DNA of 62,362 nt. Origin: an uncultured Bifidobacterium sp. GTDB lineage: Bacteria > Actinomycetota > Actinomycetes > Actinomycetales > Bifidobacteriaceae. Both the position numbers and the translations under genes were made by a program. Below, piece after piece: positions 38,985-48,603 of the stretch (the stretch's first letter is position 1; every line of letters begins with the position of its first letter). The stretch is from contig CALNAE010000212.1 in assembly GCA_937874315.1 (NCBI GenBank), positions 1 through 62,362 on the forward strand. Direction: 5' to 3'. The notes under the pieces are model-generated. The model was given only the letters and a program-made list of their open reading frames with translations. It did no database searches and had not been told where the DNA came from.

Positions 38985-39685
38985 TATTCGGGATCGTCTA
39001 TTTTATATCCCAAACCGCGCACCGTCGTGAGATAGCGGTGCACCGAGGCATTCTCCTCGATTTTCGAGCGTAGCCGCTTGACGTGCACATCGAGCGTTTT
39101 GGTGTCACCGACGTAATCGGACCCCCACACCCGATCAATAAGCTGATGACGCGTCATCACGCGGCCCTTGTTCTGCATGAGATATTCCAACAGATCGAAT
39201 TCCTTCAGGGGGAAGAACACATTCTCACCGCGCACGGTCACCTGATGATGCCCGACGCTCATCACGATATCGCCGCATTGCAGCTCGACGTCCTCCTGCT
39301 CGCTCTCCTCCTGCTCGCTCTCCTCCGGATTACGTCGCATGACGGCGCGTATCCTTGCAAGCAGCTCGCGGAACGAATACGGCTTGGTGACATAGTCGTC
39401 GGCACCGATTTCCAGACCAACGACCTTGTCGATTTCCGCGCCCTTCGCCGTCACCATGATGATCGCCACCCTGCTCTGCTCACGGATGCGTCGGCACAGC
39501 TCAACCCCCCCGATACCCGGCAGCATCACGTCAAGCAGCACCATGTCGATGCCACCGCGGGTGAACAGCTCCCAGCCTTCCTCTCCCGTGGCGGCCGCGG
39601 ACACCGCGTATCCTTCTCGCGTGAGTTGGTACACCAGAGGCTCACGGTAGGATTCCTCGTCCTCAACGATCAGAATTCGCGTCAT
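38984..39685 (-). CDS. regX3: OmpR/PhoB-family response regulator
   Basis: MTRILIVEDEESY, LLDVMLPG, GADDYVTKPYS and WGSDYVGDTKTLDVHVKRLR. It is adjacent to the pst operon. Confidence 0.88.
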   Translation of the reverse strand: MTRILIVEDEESYREPLVYQLTREGYAVSAAATGEEGWELFTRGGIDMVLLDVMLPGIGGVELCRRIREQSRVAIIMVTAKGAEIDKVVGLEIGADDYVTKPYSFRELLARIRAVMRRNPEESEQEESEQEDVELQCGDIVMSVGHHQVTVRGENVFFPLKEFDLLEYLMQNKGRVMTRHQLIDRVWGSDYVGDTKTLDVHVKRLRSKIEENASVHRYLTTVRGLGYKIDDPE

Positions 39686-40973
39686 GAACGACCTCTTCTT
39701 TCTGTTCGGGTGCCGCGGCGTGGGCCTCGGCCGGCGCGCCCTGCGCGGTTTCATCGACCCCCTGAAGGGTGATGGTGAATGTGGAGCCAAGATTTTCGTG
39801 GGACCAGACGTCGAGCGTTCCACCGTTCTCCTCGATGCAGTGCTTGGCGATGGACAGACCAAGGCCAGACCCTCCAGTCGCCCGTGAACGAGCGGAATCG
39901 ACCCGATAGAAGCGCTCGAAGATCCGGTCCAGCGCATCCTTGGGAATCCCGATGCCGCGGTCGATAACACGCAGCAGCACCCTGCCGCCTTCCTCGCGCA
40001 CCTCGATGGTCACCACGGAGTGTTCCGGGGAATAGCGTATCGCATTCTCGATGAGATTCTTCACCGCCGTGGTCAGCGACTCCCGATCGACCAACGCGCG
40101 GGGACCCGAATCGGTCACGGCATCCAACGCGATGCGGTTGCCGGCATCCACCAGGCGCAGCTCGACGGCGCGGGCCTGCGCCTGCGTCTGATTCATGACG
40201 ATCGCGTCCTTGGCGACGGCGAATACGCGGACCGGGACACGGTCTTTCACCGCATCGAGACTCTGCGCTCGTTGCAGATCAATGAGCCGATAGACCAACT
40301 GGGTCAGCCGCTTCGATTCGACGCCCATGCGGTTGGCGAAATATCTCACCGCGTCAGGATCATCGGCGGCGTCCATGACGGTTTCGGCCAGCAACGCTAT
40401 CGCCCCGGCGGGCGTTTTGAGCTCATGCGAGACATTGGTGACGAAGTCGCGACGCACCGAGGCGAAATGCCGTTGTTCGCTGATATCGCTCAAAAACATG
40501 ACGTATACGTCGTCATCCACGACGCCGATGCGCACGCGAACATATTCCACCGCATGCCGTTTCCCACCAGAGTGCGCTGGGGAATCCCGCTCACCCATAT
40601 CCGGTCGCGTCAAGCGCGGCGCGACATGGATCTCACGCTCGCGCTGCACGCCATCGGAAACGACCTGTTCGAGAATGTCCTCCAGCTCCGGGGAGATCAG
40701 CCGATCATGCTCGAGAATGCCGAGGTCGTCGGCATCGGGGCTGCGATAGCGCACCAGACCCTGCCCGCTGAGCACCACCATGGCATCGGGCATCAGCGCA
40801 ACGAGTCGGCGCTCGGCTTCGGCAGACCATTGCCGTTCGATGAACGTCCTCGGATCCGATGACTCCCCATCATCGACATCACCCAAGGAGGACAGATACC
40901 ACCCCAGCGCGAAACTCGCCGCCATCGCTACGATGGCGACCAATAGCCAGGCGAACCAGGGCACGATGTTCAC
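39663..40973 (-). CDS. senX3: Sensor histidine kinase
   Basis: N-terminal TM, RDFVTNVSHELKTP, NLIENAIRYS, DRGIGI, FERFYRVD and GGSGLGLSI. Confidence 0.85.
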   Translation of the reverse strand: MNIVPWFAWLLVAIVAMAASFALGWYLSSLGDVDDGESSDPRTFIERQWSAEAERRLVALMPDAMVVLSGQGLVRYRSPDADDLGILEHDRLISPELEDILEQVVSDGVQREREIHVAPRLTRPDMGERDSPAHSGGKRHAVEYVRVRIGVVDDDVYVMFLSDISEQRHFASVRRDFVTNVSHELKTPAGAIALLAETVMDAADDPDAVRYFANRMGVESKRLTQLVYRLIDLQRAQSLDAVKDRVPVRVFAVAKDAIVMNQTQAQARAVELRLVDAGNRIALDAVTDSGPRALVDRESLTTAVKNLIENAIRYSPEHSVVTIEVREEGGRVLLRVIDRGIGIPKDALDRIFERFYRVDSARSRATGGSGLGLSIAKHCIEENGGTLDVWSHENLGSTFTITLQGVDETAQGAPAEAHAAAPEQKEEVVHDANSDR

Positions 40974-40977
40974 ATCC

Positions 40978-41670
40978 TTACAGCCGCGTGACGATTGCCA
41001 CGGCGAGTCTCGCCGCAGTGTCGGCGTAATCGGAGATATCGAATTCCTTGAATATCTCATAATCGGTATCGGCGTTGTCGCTCAGCGCTCGGATTATCAG
41101 GGAAGGAACGTCATTGCGCGCGGCGACATGCGCCACGGCGGCGCCCTCCATCTCCACGGCGTCGGCACCCGTCTGGGCCCTGACCCGATCGATCTTCTCC
41201 GGCGTGTCGACGAAATGATTGCCCGATGCGATCGTCCCCTGAATATGAGTGATGCCCATCTCGTCCAAGGCCGCGTCGGCCACGGCGAGCAGATGCGCGT
41301 CGCCGTGAAACTCTTCGGTTCTCGGCTTCCACTGGCCTATCAGCTGCATGTCGCTGTCGAGATACCGCAAGGTCCTGCCCAGAACCACGTCGTTAATATG
41401 CAGCCTCGGATTCAGGCTACCGGCGATGCCCGAGAAGATGACGGCATCGGGATGATAGGCATCGATCATGGCCTGGGTCGTCGCGGCGGCGTTCACCAGA
41501 CCCATCCCGCCCACGGTGGCCGCCACGGCGACATCATCGCCCGCCTTTGCGCCTACCGTGCCATACGACACGTCAAGACTGGCGAATCGATCGTGCCGGA
41601 CGCGCTCAAGGGCGGCGGCGATATGGGCCACCTCCTCTTCAAGTGCTCCTATAACGGCAACCGTGCGCAT
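40978..41670 (-). CDS. mtnN: 5'-methylthioadenosine/S-adenosylhomocysteine nucleosidase
   Basis: IGALEEEV, GMGLVNAA, FSGIAG, AVEMEGAAVAH and IRALSDNA. Confidence 0.92.
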   Translation of the reverse strand: MRTVAVIGALEEEVAHIAAALERVRHDRFASLDVSYGTVGAKAGDDVAVAATVGGMGLVNAAATTQAMIDAYHPDAVIFSGIAGSLNPRLHINDVVLGRTLRYLDSDMQLIGQWKPRTEEFHGDAHLLAVADAALDEMGITHIQGTIASGNHFVDTPEKIDRVRAQTGADAVEMEGAAVAHVAARNDVPSLIIRALSDNADTDYEIFKEFDISDYADTAARLAVAIVTRL

Positions 41671-41710
41671 ATGTCCTCCCTGGGTTCGCTGAATCATGCT
41701 TCTCTCACGG

Positions 41711-42970
41711 TTATAGCCAACGCCGCGTACGAACGGCTTCGGCGAGCTTGCGAAGCAGAGACGCCGTGTCGGGCCAGGATATGCAGCGATCGGTGATGGA
41801 CTGGCCATACACCAGTTGATTCAACGGTGCCGCCGGCTGGTTCCCCGCCGCGATGAAGCTCTCCATCATCACACCGGTGATGTTCTGTTCGCCCTGGGCA
41901 AGACGCTCGGCGATGTCTTCGACCACCCGAATCTGTTGGCGCTCATCTTTGCCGCTGTTGCCGTGTGAGCAATCGATGACCAAGCCGTGTGCGGCCGCGG
42001 AATCGGCGGGTAGTTCTCGTCGTATCTGCGTCACCGCCCGTGACACCGAATCCGCGTCGTAATTGGGGCCGTGTTCGGAGCCTCGCAACACGACATGGCA
42101 ATCGGGATTGCCCAGTGTCTCAACCGCGCAGGCACGACCAAGATGGTCGATGCCGAAGAAAGTATGGTTCTGCGCGGCGGCGAAGCACCCGTTCACCGCG
42201 GGTTTTACCGATCCGTCGGTCGCGTTTTTGAAGCCGACGGGCATCGACAATCCGCTGGCAAGCTGACGATGGATCTGCGATTCGGTGTTGCGCGCGCCGA
42301 TGGCACCCCAACTGACCGCGTCGGCGATGTACTGCGGCGAAGTCGGCTCAAGGAATTCCGTCGCCGCGGGAAGCCCCGCATCAAGCACGCTCAGCAGCGT
42401 GCTGCGAGCCAACAACAGTCCCCTGCGAATACGATGGCTGCCATCGAGATCCGGGTCGTTGATCAGTCCCTTCCAACCGACGGTGGTGCGCGGCTTCTCG
42501 AAATAGACCCGCATGACGATCAACAACTCGTTGTTCACCTGCGCGCTGAGACGGGCGAGTCGTTGCGCGTAATCCAACGCGGCTCTCGGATCATGCACCG
42601 AGCAGGGGCCGACGATCACCAGCAGCCGGTCATCCTGACCATACAGACAGGCGCGAATCGCGTCACGCGAGCTGGCTACCAGATCCTGGTCCTTCACGGA
42701 CATCGCCAACTCGCCAAGCACCTGGGCCGGCGTCGGCAACGGTTCAAGCTCCAGCACACGACGATTGATGATTCGATCGACGCCGACCTCGTCCTCCCAA
42801 CGTGGGACATCGGTATCGGTCAACGGGTTCCTGCCGCTACGAACGGCGGCGTGAATGGCCTTGAGTCCCGCGGGCGTATTGAGCGCCTGACCGGTCGACA
42901 GCTTGGAAACCGCCGGAACGTTGTCCGGTCCCGTCGCATCATGGGGCGTCATCTCGTCTGTATCCTGCAT
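41711..42970 (-). CDS. DAHP synthase, class I-alpha (second copy)
   Basis: GPCSVHD, MRVYFEKPRTTVGWKG, GAIGARNTESQIHR, FKNATDG, DCSHGNS and YGQSITD.C. Confidence 0.95.
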   Translation of the reverse strand: MQDTDEMTPHDATGPDNVPAVSKLSTGQALNTPAGLKAIHAAVRSGRNPLTDTDVPRWEDEVGVDRIINRRVLELEPLPTPAQVLGELAMSVKDQDLVASSRDAIRACLYGQDDRLLVIVGPCSVHDPRAALDYAQRLARLSAQVNNELLIVMRVYFEKPRTTVGWKGLINDPDLDGSHRIRRGLLLARSTLLSVLDAGLPAATEFLEPTSPQYIADAVSWGAIGARNTESQIHRQLASGLSMPVGFKNATDGSVKPAVNGCFAAAQNHTFFGIDHLGRACAVETLGNPDCHVVLRGSEHGPNYDADSVSRAVTQIRRELPADSAAAHGLVIDCSHGNSGKDERQQIRVVEDIAERLAQGEQNITGVMMESFIAAGNQPAAPLNQLVYGQSITDRCISWPDTASLLRKLAEAVRTRRWL

Positions 42971-42998
42971 CGCACTCTCCTTGGCCGCGTTCCACTTC

Positions 42999-44141
42999 CT
43001 AGGATAAAGCCACGCCACGTCGTCGCGCGACCGCATCCGCCAGCATGCCGAGCAGCGTTTCGGTCTGTTCCCACGCGATGCATGGATCGGTGATGGACTG
43101 TCCGTAGACGAGTCGGTCCACTGGCGCCGGATCCTGCCGTCCGCCGACGAGAAAACTCTCCATCATCACCCCGACGATTCCCCGTTCTCCCGCAGCCAGC
43201 CGCGAGGCCAATTCCTCGACGACCCGCGTCTCTTGCTCCACGTCCTTGCCACTGTTGCCATGAGCCGCATCGACGATCAGCCCGGTCACCGGCGTATGGA
43301 ACCCGTCCCTATGCCAACCCCGCATGGCGTCTCGCACCGAATCCGCATCGTAGTTCGGCCCATGGTTCGAGCCTCGCAGCACCAGATGGCAATACGGATT
43401 ACCCGCCGTCTGCGCCGAGATCACGCGCCCGTCCAAGTTGATCGAAAGGAAATGATGCTCGAAGGACGCGGCGTAGCACGAATCAGCCGCGACGGATACC
43501 GAGCCGTCGGTCGCGTTCTTGAAACCGATCGGCATGGACAGTCCGCTGGCCAGTTCCCGATGCACCTGGCTTTCCGTATTGCGCGCCCCGATGGCGCCCC
43601 AACTGATCAGATCGCACAGGTACTGCGGCGTGACGGGATCAAGCCATTCCGTGGCGGTGGGCAGACCGGTTGACAGCACGTCGCACAGGACCTTACGGGC
43701 CAACCACATTCCCTTGCGGATATCGAAGTGCCCGTCGAGATCCGGATCGTTGATCAGCCCCTTCCAACCGACGGTGGTGCGCGGCTTCTCGAAATAGACC
43801 CGCATGACGATCAACAGCCGGTCAGACAGCGCGCGGCTGACGCGGGCGAGCCTGTCCGCGTATTCCTTCGCCGCACGCGGATCATGTATCGAACAAGGGC
43901 CGACGATCACCAACAGCCGATCATCGCCACCACCGAGGATGTCACGTATGGCCTGGCGCGACTGCAATACCACGTCGCGCATCGTATCGTGTAACGGCAG
44001 TTCCTTGAGAAACGCACGGGGGGCCGGGATCGGGTCAAGCTGCCGGATATTGACATCCACGGTTTCCGGAAAGACGGCACTCGCCTTGAACAGCCGATCA
44101 TCCTCGGAACTATCCGGTCCACGCATCCCCGGCCCTGCCAT
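42999..44141 (-). CDS. DAHP synthase, class I-alpha (first copy)
   Basis: GPCSIHD, MRVYFEKPRTTVGWKG, GAIGARNTESQVHR, DAAHGNS and YGQSITDPC. Start uncertain (44141-44201). Confidence 0.95.
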   Translation of the reverse strand: MAGPGMRGPDSSEDDRLFKASAVFPETVDVNIRQLDPIPAPRAFLKELPLHDTMRDVVLQSRQAIRDILGGGDDRLLVIVGPCSIHDPRAAKEYADRLARVSRALSDRLLIVMRVYFEKPRTTVGWKGLINDPDLDGHFDIRKGMWLARKVLCDVLSTGLPTATEWLDPVTPQYLCDLISWGAIGARNTESQVHRELASGLSMPIGFKNATDGSVSVAADSCYAASFEHHFLSINLDGRVISAQTAGNPYCHLVLRGSNHGPNYDADSVRDAMRGWHRDGFHTPVTGLIVDAAHGNSGKDVEQETRVVEELASRLAAGERGIVGVMMESFLVGGRQDPAPVDRLVYGQSITDPCIAWEQTETLLGMLADAVARRRGVALS

Positions 44142-44335
44142 AAGCCACTCCTGTATGCCCGTCGCCTCGCAGCCCGACTCCGTGGAACCGTTCGATCCCA
44201 CGAAACCCGCATTGATGACGAACCATGCTCATTGTTCTTCAGGCGTCCCAGCCTAGCGCATCACACGAGTACACAAATGGCCACCGACTACATGGTGGAT
44301 GCAGACGGTGGCCAAAGGCGTCACACGGGACGCGC

Positions 44336-45670
44336 TTAAGCCAACGCCCCCATCGGATCCCACGCCGGCAGCATGATCGCCGGCTCGTCCAAGGCCTTGC
44401 GATAGGCCTCGGGCAGCATCGACTTGGGGACGGCGACCTCGTAGACGTATTCGGAGAACCAATCGTCGCTCATGGTGAAATACCCCTTGTCGGCGACCTT
44501 GTCCCCCCACGAGTTCTCCACGCGCCAACGACGTGTGGAGACGCCATCGTCGGCCACATCGACGCCGACCAACGCCATGGCGTGGTTCATGGCCGAATCC
44601 CCGAAACGCACCCGGTCTTCCTTATCGAGATCGAAATCGACGTCGTAGACGCGTCCGTACTCGAACAGATCGCTCGCCCAGGCACCGTTCTCACGGTCCA
44701 TCATCGGGTGGCAATCGCAGCCGAACCACACCGGGATGCCGTCCTGGGCGAGGATCTTGCGCGCGCATTCCTTCATGAAATCGTTGGGGACGTTGAGGTA
44801 CTCGGTTGCCTCGCCACCCACGACGTTACCCAGATGCTCGATGCCGATCTTCTTGCCTTTCGGATGCTCCCGACGCGGATCATCAACCAGGCAGACGTAG
44901 TCCTCCAGACCCGCATCGACATAGCGCTTCCAGAATTCCACAGGGGTGATTTCACCGACCCGATGGAACACATCATCCTTGTCCGTCCATTCCCAATCAA
45001 AGCTTTTCGGCGGCTCACCCAAGTGGATGGTAAGCATGCGATGGCCCGCCTCCAGATAGGTATCGACGACATCCGCGACATGCGCCGGATCGGCCACCAT
45101 ATGCGCCACAGCGGTATGCAGCATGGAACGCAGCTGAATGTTCATCTCACCGGTGTTCTTCGACGACTCGGTTTCGGGGAACAAATCCTTGGGCACCACA
45201 CCGTACTTACGATAGACGTTCAGCGCCATGGTCCACTGCCCACCGTCGCCCATCACATCGGCCAGCAGGTGTTGCATCAGCCGCGAATCGACGGGCTCAC
45301 CCTTACGCACCAGCTCGGCGACGTCCTGCAGGAAATAGTTGATACGTTCCAGCTTGTCGAAGTACATCGCGTAGTTCTGCGAAAACTCGAATTCCTTCAG
45401 ATTCAGCGCGCGCTTGGCCACGAATCGCGCCACGTTGAGCGAGCTGAACAACCAGCATCTGCCGGAACGGTTCTGGTTGGTGACCTCGCCGTTATCCACG
45501 GTGACCGAGAACCTTCGCTGCAACAGACGCGAACGGTCGTAATTCCTTGCGACGTTGGCGATTCCCGAGGTCGTAACGGCGTTCATGGCAAGGCGATGAG
45601 CGTCACCTCGTGCGAAATCGTCATCCAGCTTGCGAAGCGCGCTGTCGTCCAACGGTGTCAGTTCAGTCAT
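44336..45670 (-). CDS. pepC: Aminopeptidase C (C1B, bleomycin hydrolase family)
   Basis: TNQNRSGRCWLF, MNHAM, VENSWG and the C-terminus PAWDPMGALA. Confidence 0.96.
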   Translation of the reverse strand: MTELTPLDDSALRKLDDDFARGDAHRLAMNAVTTSGIANVARNYDRSRLLQRRFSVTVDNGEVTNQNRSGRCWLFSSLNVARFVAKRALNLKEFEFSQNYAMYFDKLERINYFLQDVAELVRKGEPVDSRLMQHLLADVMGDGGQWTMALNVYRKYGVVPKDLFPETESSKNTGEMNIQLRSMLHTAVAHMVADPAHVADVVDTYLEAGHRMLTIHLGEPPKSFDWEWTDKDDVFHRVGEITPVEFWKRYVDAGLEDYVCLVDDPRREHPKGKKIGIEHLGNVVGGEATEYLNVPNDFMKECARKILAQDGIPVWFGCDCHPMMDRENGAWASDLFEYGRVYDVDFDLDKEDRVRFGDSAMNHAMALVGVDVADDGVSTRRWRVENSWGDKVADKGYFTMSDDWFSEYVYEVAVPKSMLPEAYRKALDEPAIMLPAWDPMGALA

Positions 45671-45867
45671 ACTGCTCCTTTATATCCCCACACAATGGGT
45701 TGGCATCCCTACATAACGGGTTGATATCACACCCCGCCAACGTCCTTGCCCCTCGAAACCACGAGGCGCCGACACCTTTCGGTGTCGACGCCGCATAGAA
45801 TCTCAGGCTCTGCCCAGTCTAGCCATGGGGATGGAAGTCGTGGGCACGCTTCCAACGACCATTCACG

Positions 45868-45937
45868 CACGATAACCTCACGATAACCTCACGAGATGGC
45901 TACGCGGCATCACGGAAGGTCACGGAATCGTCACGGG
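45868..45937. repeat. Degenerate 10-11-bp phased repeat array with a (T)CACG core
   Basis: CACG starts at 45868, 45879, 45890, (TACG 45901), 45911, 45921 and 45932. Confidence 0.75.
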
Positions 45938-45990
45938 ACGACCGCGCGATGGTCAGTCGCAATGCTATCTATCGTTCCACCGTCATTGGT

Positions 45991-47655
45991 CTATTCGTCG
46001 CCACGCCGATTCTCATCCGCCGAAGACGCGGTATCGCGACGATGTTGCTGCGGAGCGAAGGATATCGGCATGGTCTCATTGTCGCCGGTGGCGTCCGTCG
46101 GACGAGAAACCGACGAGACGGGAACGCCGGCCGTCGCCGTCTCAACCGAAGCACCGGCAGGGGCCGCTTCGGATTGCTCGTCGTACTGCGTCTGCTCACC
46201 GGTGTCGGAGTCGGGCTGTCCGGCAGCCGTCGAGGCCGTGGACGAATCGCCGTCCTCATCCCCCGCGCCCCGGCCGTCGTTCGGCGTCGTTTCATCGCCG
46301 GTCTGATCCTCATGATCGGAATGCTGGCCCTCGCCGTCATCCTGCGCAATCGCATTCACCACCGGCACATCGGCAGTGGCCTTGGTCTTCTGTACGCTTT
46401 CGGGAGTCAGATTGATGCCGGAGAACGCGTTGGCGAACAGCGACCGCAATTCCGTGACACGTTGCGTGATGGCGGATTCGCGGTCCTGCAACTGCGCGAT
46501 ATGACGAGTGAGCCCGTCAAGTTCGCTTTGCGCCGCCCGGCGACGCTGCTCCAGCTGATGATCGGCGTCATATCCCGCCTTCGCCACGATCTGAGCCGCC
46601 TGGTCATCGGCCTCCTGACGCTTCTTCACGGCATAGGCATCGGCGTTCTCACGCACGGTCTTGGCCTGACCGATGAGCTCATCCGCCTCTTTCTTGGCCT
46701 CGTCCCGGCGCTGCTCGAGGTGGTCGAGCAATTCGTTGACCTTGGCGGTCGCCTCATCCTGCTGGGCGGTGATGTCCTTACGAATCTGCTCGGATTCGGC
46801 ATTCACCTGGCTCATGGCCTTGGTGCGATGAACCTCGGCCTCGTCCTTGATCTCCTGCGCCTTGCCGTTGGCCGCATCAACGACCTCGCCCGCCTGGCGT
46901 TTCGCCTCGGTCATCATCCTGGATACCTGCTCGCGCACGTCGGCGAGCTTCTTGTTCGCCTCGGCCAGAGCCTTCTCGATCTGGTCGTTGGCCTCGCTTT
47001 TGAGTTTCGTGAGCTCTTCGTTGGACGCCTTGCGCTGTGCGGCGATCTGTTCGGTGGTCTGGGCCTTCAGCTGAGCGATTTCACGTTCCTGCGTCGCACG
47101 CTCGGCCGCCAGCCGCTTGTTATGCTCCTCCCGGGCATTGCTCAGTTCGATCTCGACCGTGTCGCGCTGCTCCGCAACCGCCTTCGCCGTCGCACTGCGC
47201 AACTGCGCTGCATCCTGTTTGGAAGAGGTCGTCAACGTATCGACCTCGTTCTTGGCGTTCGACAACAGCGTATCGGACTTGGCCCTGGCGTCGTCGACGA
47301 TATGTTTGGCATCCAGCTTCGCATTGTTGAGCAGCGTCTGCGCCTGGGCCTGCGCACTGGCGCGCGTGGCCGCCGCGTCCTGCTTCGCACGGTTCAACAG
47401 CTCGGAACTCGTCTGTTCGGCGGAGGCCAGCATCTGCTGGGCATTGGCACCCAACGACGCGAAGGAGTTGCCCTGCGCGGATTTCTTGGCGTTGTTCTTC
47501 TCCTCCTGCAACTGTGCCTGAAGCTGAAGAATCGTGTCATCGCTGGATTTGACCTGCTCTCGCAAACGGCTCAGCGTCTCTTGCGACTGGGCAAATGCCT
47601 CATCGACCCTGTCCTTGTCATAGCCCCTCAATACAACCGGGAACCCTTCCACCAT
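45991..47655 (-). CDS. Long coiled-coil protein with a DivIVA/FilP-like N-terminal motif
   Basis: GFPVVLRGYDKDRVD, SFASLGANAQQMLASAE, about 400 aa of Ala/Gln/Glu-rich coiled coil, and an acidic disordered tail. Confidence 0.8.
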   Translation of the reverse strand: MVEGFPVVLRGYDKDRVDEAFAQSQETLSRLREQVKSSDDTILQLQAQLQEEKNNAKKSAQGNSFASLGANAQQMLASAEQTSSELLNRAKQDAAATRASAQAQAQTLLNNAKLDAKHIVDDARAKSDTLLSNAKNEVDTLTTSSKQDAAQLRSATAKAVAEQRDTVEIELSNAREEHNKRLAAERATQEREIAQLKAQTTEQIAAQRKASNEELTKLKSEANDQIEKALAEANKKLADVREQVSRMMTEAKRQAGEVVDAANGKAQEIKDEAEVHRTKAMSQVNAESEQIRKDITAQQDEATAKVNELLDHLEQRRDEAKKEADELIGQAKTVRENADAYAVKKRQEADDQAAQIVAKAGYDADHQLEQRRRAAQSELDGLTRHIAQLQDRESAITQRVTELRSLFANAFSGINLTPESVQKTKATADVPVVNAIAQDDGEGQHSDHEDQTGDETTPNDGRGAGDEDGDSSTASTAAGQPDSDTGEQTQYDEQSEAAPAGASVETATAGVPVSSVSRPTDATGDNETMPISFAPQQHRRDTASSADENRRGDE

Positions 47656-47846
47656 GTCGTTTTCCTTTCACCGCAGGCACTTCCGAAAGCGCGTAATAAC
47701 ACAACCGCTTGCACTGTATATCATGAGTGGGTCCAATGGTATGCGACTCGCGCAATCCACACAGATACCTCGAAAAACAACTGTCCAATGCATCTGCACC
47801 GATGCACGGCATCGGCCACGTTCGGGGCACGCCTCCGGTCGCCACC

Positions 47847-48527
47847 TCAGGCCAACAGAATGTCACCCGACGATGGCTGCAGATAGTAGCGCACGCTCTG
47901 TTCGACGATAATTCGGCAGGCTTCGACCTGCTGACGCATCGACAGGCCATGCTGGGAATGTTCCGATTCGGTGATCTGGGGAAGATTGACGAAACCGGCA
48001 AGCGTCCGTTGCCGTGTCGCCGTCCAGTGCAGCAGGTTATAGAACAACGAGTTGCACACATAGGTGCCGGCGTCGGAACTCAGCGAAACGGGTATGCCGC
48101 CCCTGGCGAAATCGCCGATGATGGCCCGCAACGGCAGACCGGTCCAATACGCGGCAGGACCCTGCGGATCGATGGGGACCCGATCAGGAAGCGCGTTATC
48201 GACATCGGGCTTATCGGCATCCATCAGATTCATCGCGCAGCGCTCCAGCAGCACACCCCGCGCGGTCCGCTTCAGGCCGGTCGCGATCACAATCTGAGGA
48301 GACATCGCCTCAAGCGATGCGCGCAACTGCGGCCAGGCCTTGGCGAAGCTTATCGGCAGCCGTACGGCGTTGATGGAGATCTCCACTTCGGCCAGATCCG
48401 GATCAGGCGCCGACTGGAGCCCGTCGAATCCTCGGGTCTCCAACAACGATGGGACGACAAAGGCGGGATTGACCTCCACATCCTCGTATGGGCCGAAGCC
48501 GGAGATGACGACATTGATCTGTTCCAT
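47847..48527 (-). CDS. pcp: Pyroglutamyl-peptidase I (C15)
   Basis: ISGFGPY..VEVNP, LERCAMN, DKPDVDN and SSDAGTYVCN. The usual GFxHxP reads GFVNLP here. Confidence 0.85.
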   Translation of the reverse strand: MEQINVVISGFGPYEDVEVNPAFVVPSLLETRGFDGLQSAPDPDLAEVEISINAVRLPISFAKAWPQLRASLEAMSPQIVIATGLKRTARGVLLERCAMNLMDADKPDVDNALPDRVPIDPQGPAAYWTGLPLRAIIGDFARGGIPVSLSSDAGTYVCNSLFYNLLHWTATRQRTLAGFVNLPQITESEHSQHGLSMRQQVEACRIIVEQSVRYYLQPSSGDILLA

Positions 48528-48603
48528 GGTGCCAAGTCTAACCGCGCGCCGCGCCCTGCGCATCCAAGCCACGGCGCGCAGACGGAACCGACCCAATCCG
48601 ACC

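Noticed and set aside
45949-47886. 645-aa Leu/Arg/Gly-rich plus-strand ORF
   Set aside because: Antisense mirror of the coiled-coil gene. The apparent hydrophobicity comes from complementary Glu/Gln/Lys codons.
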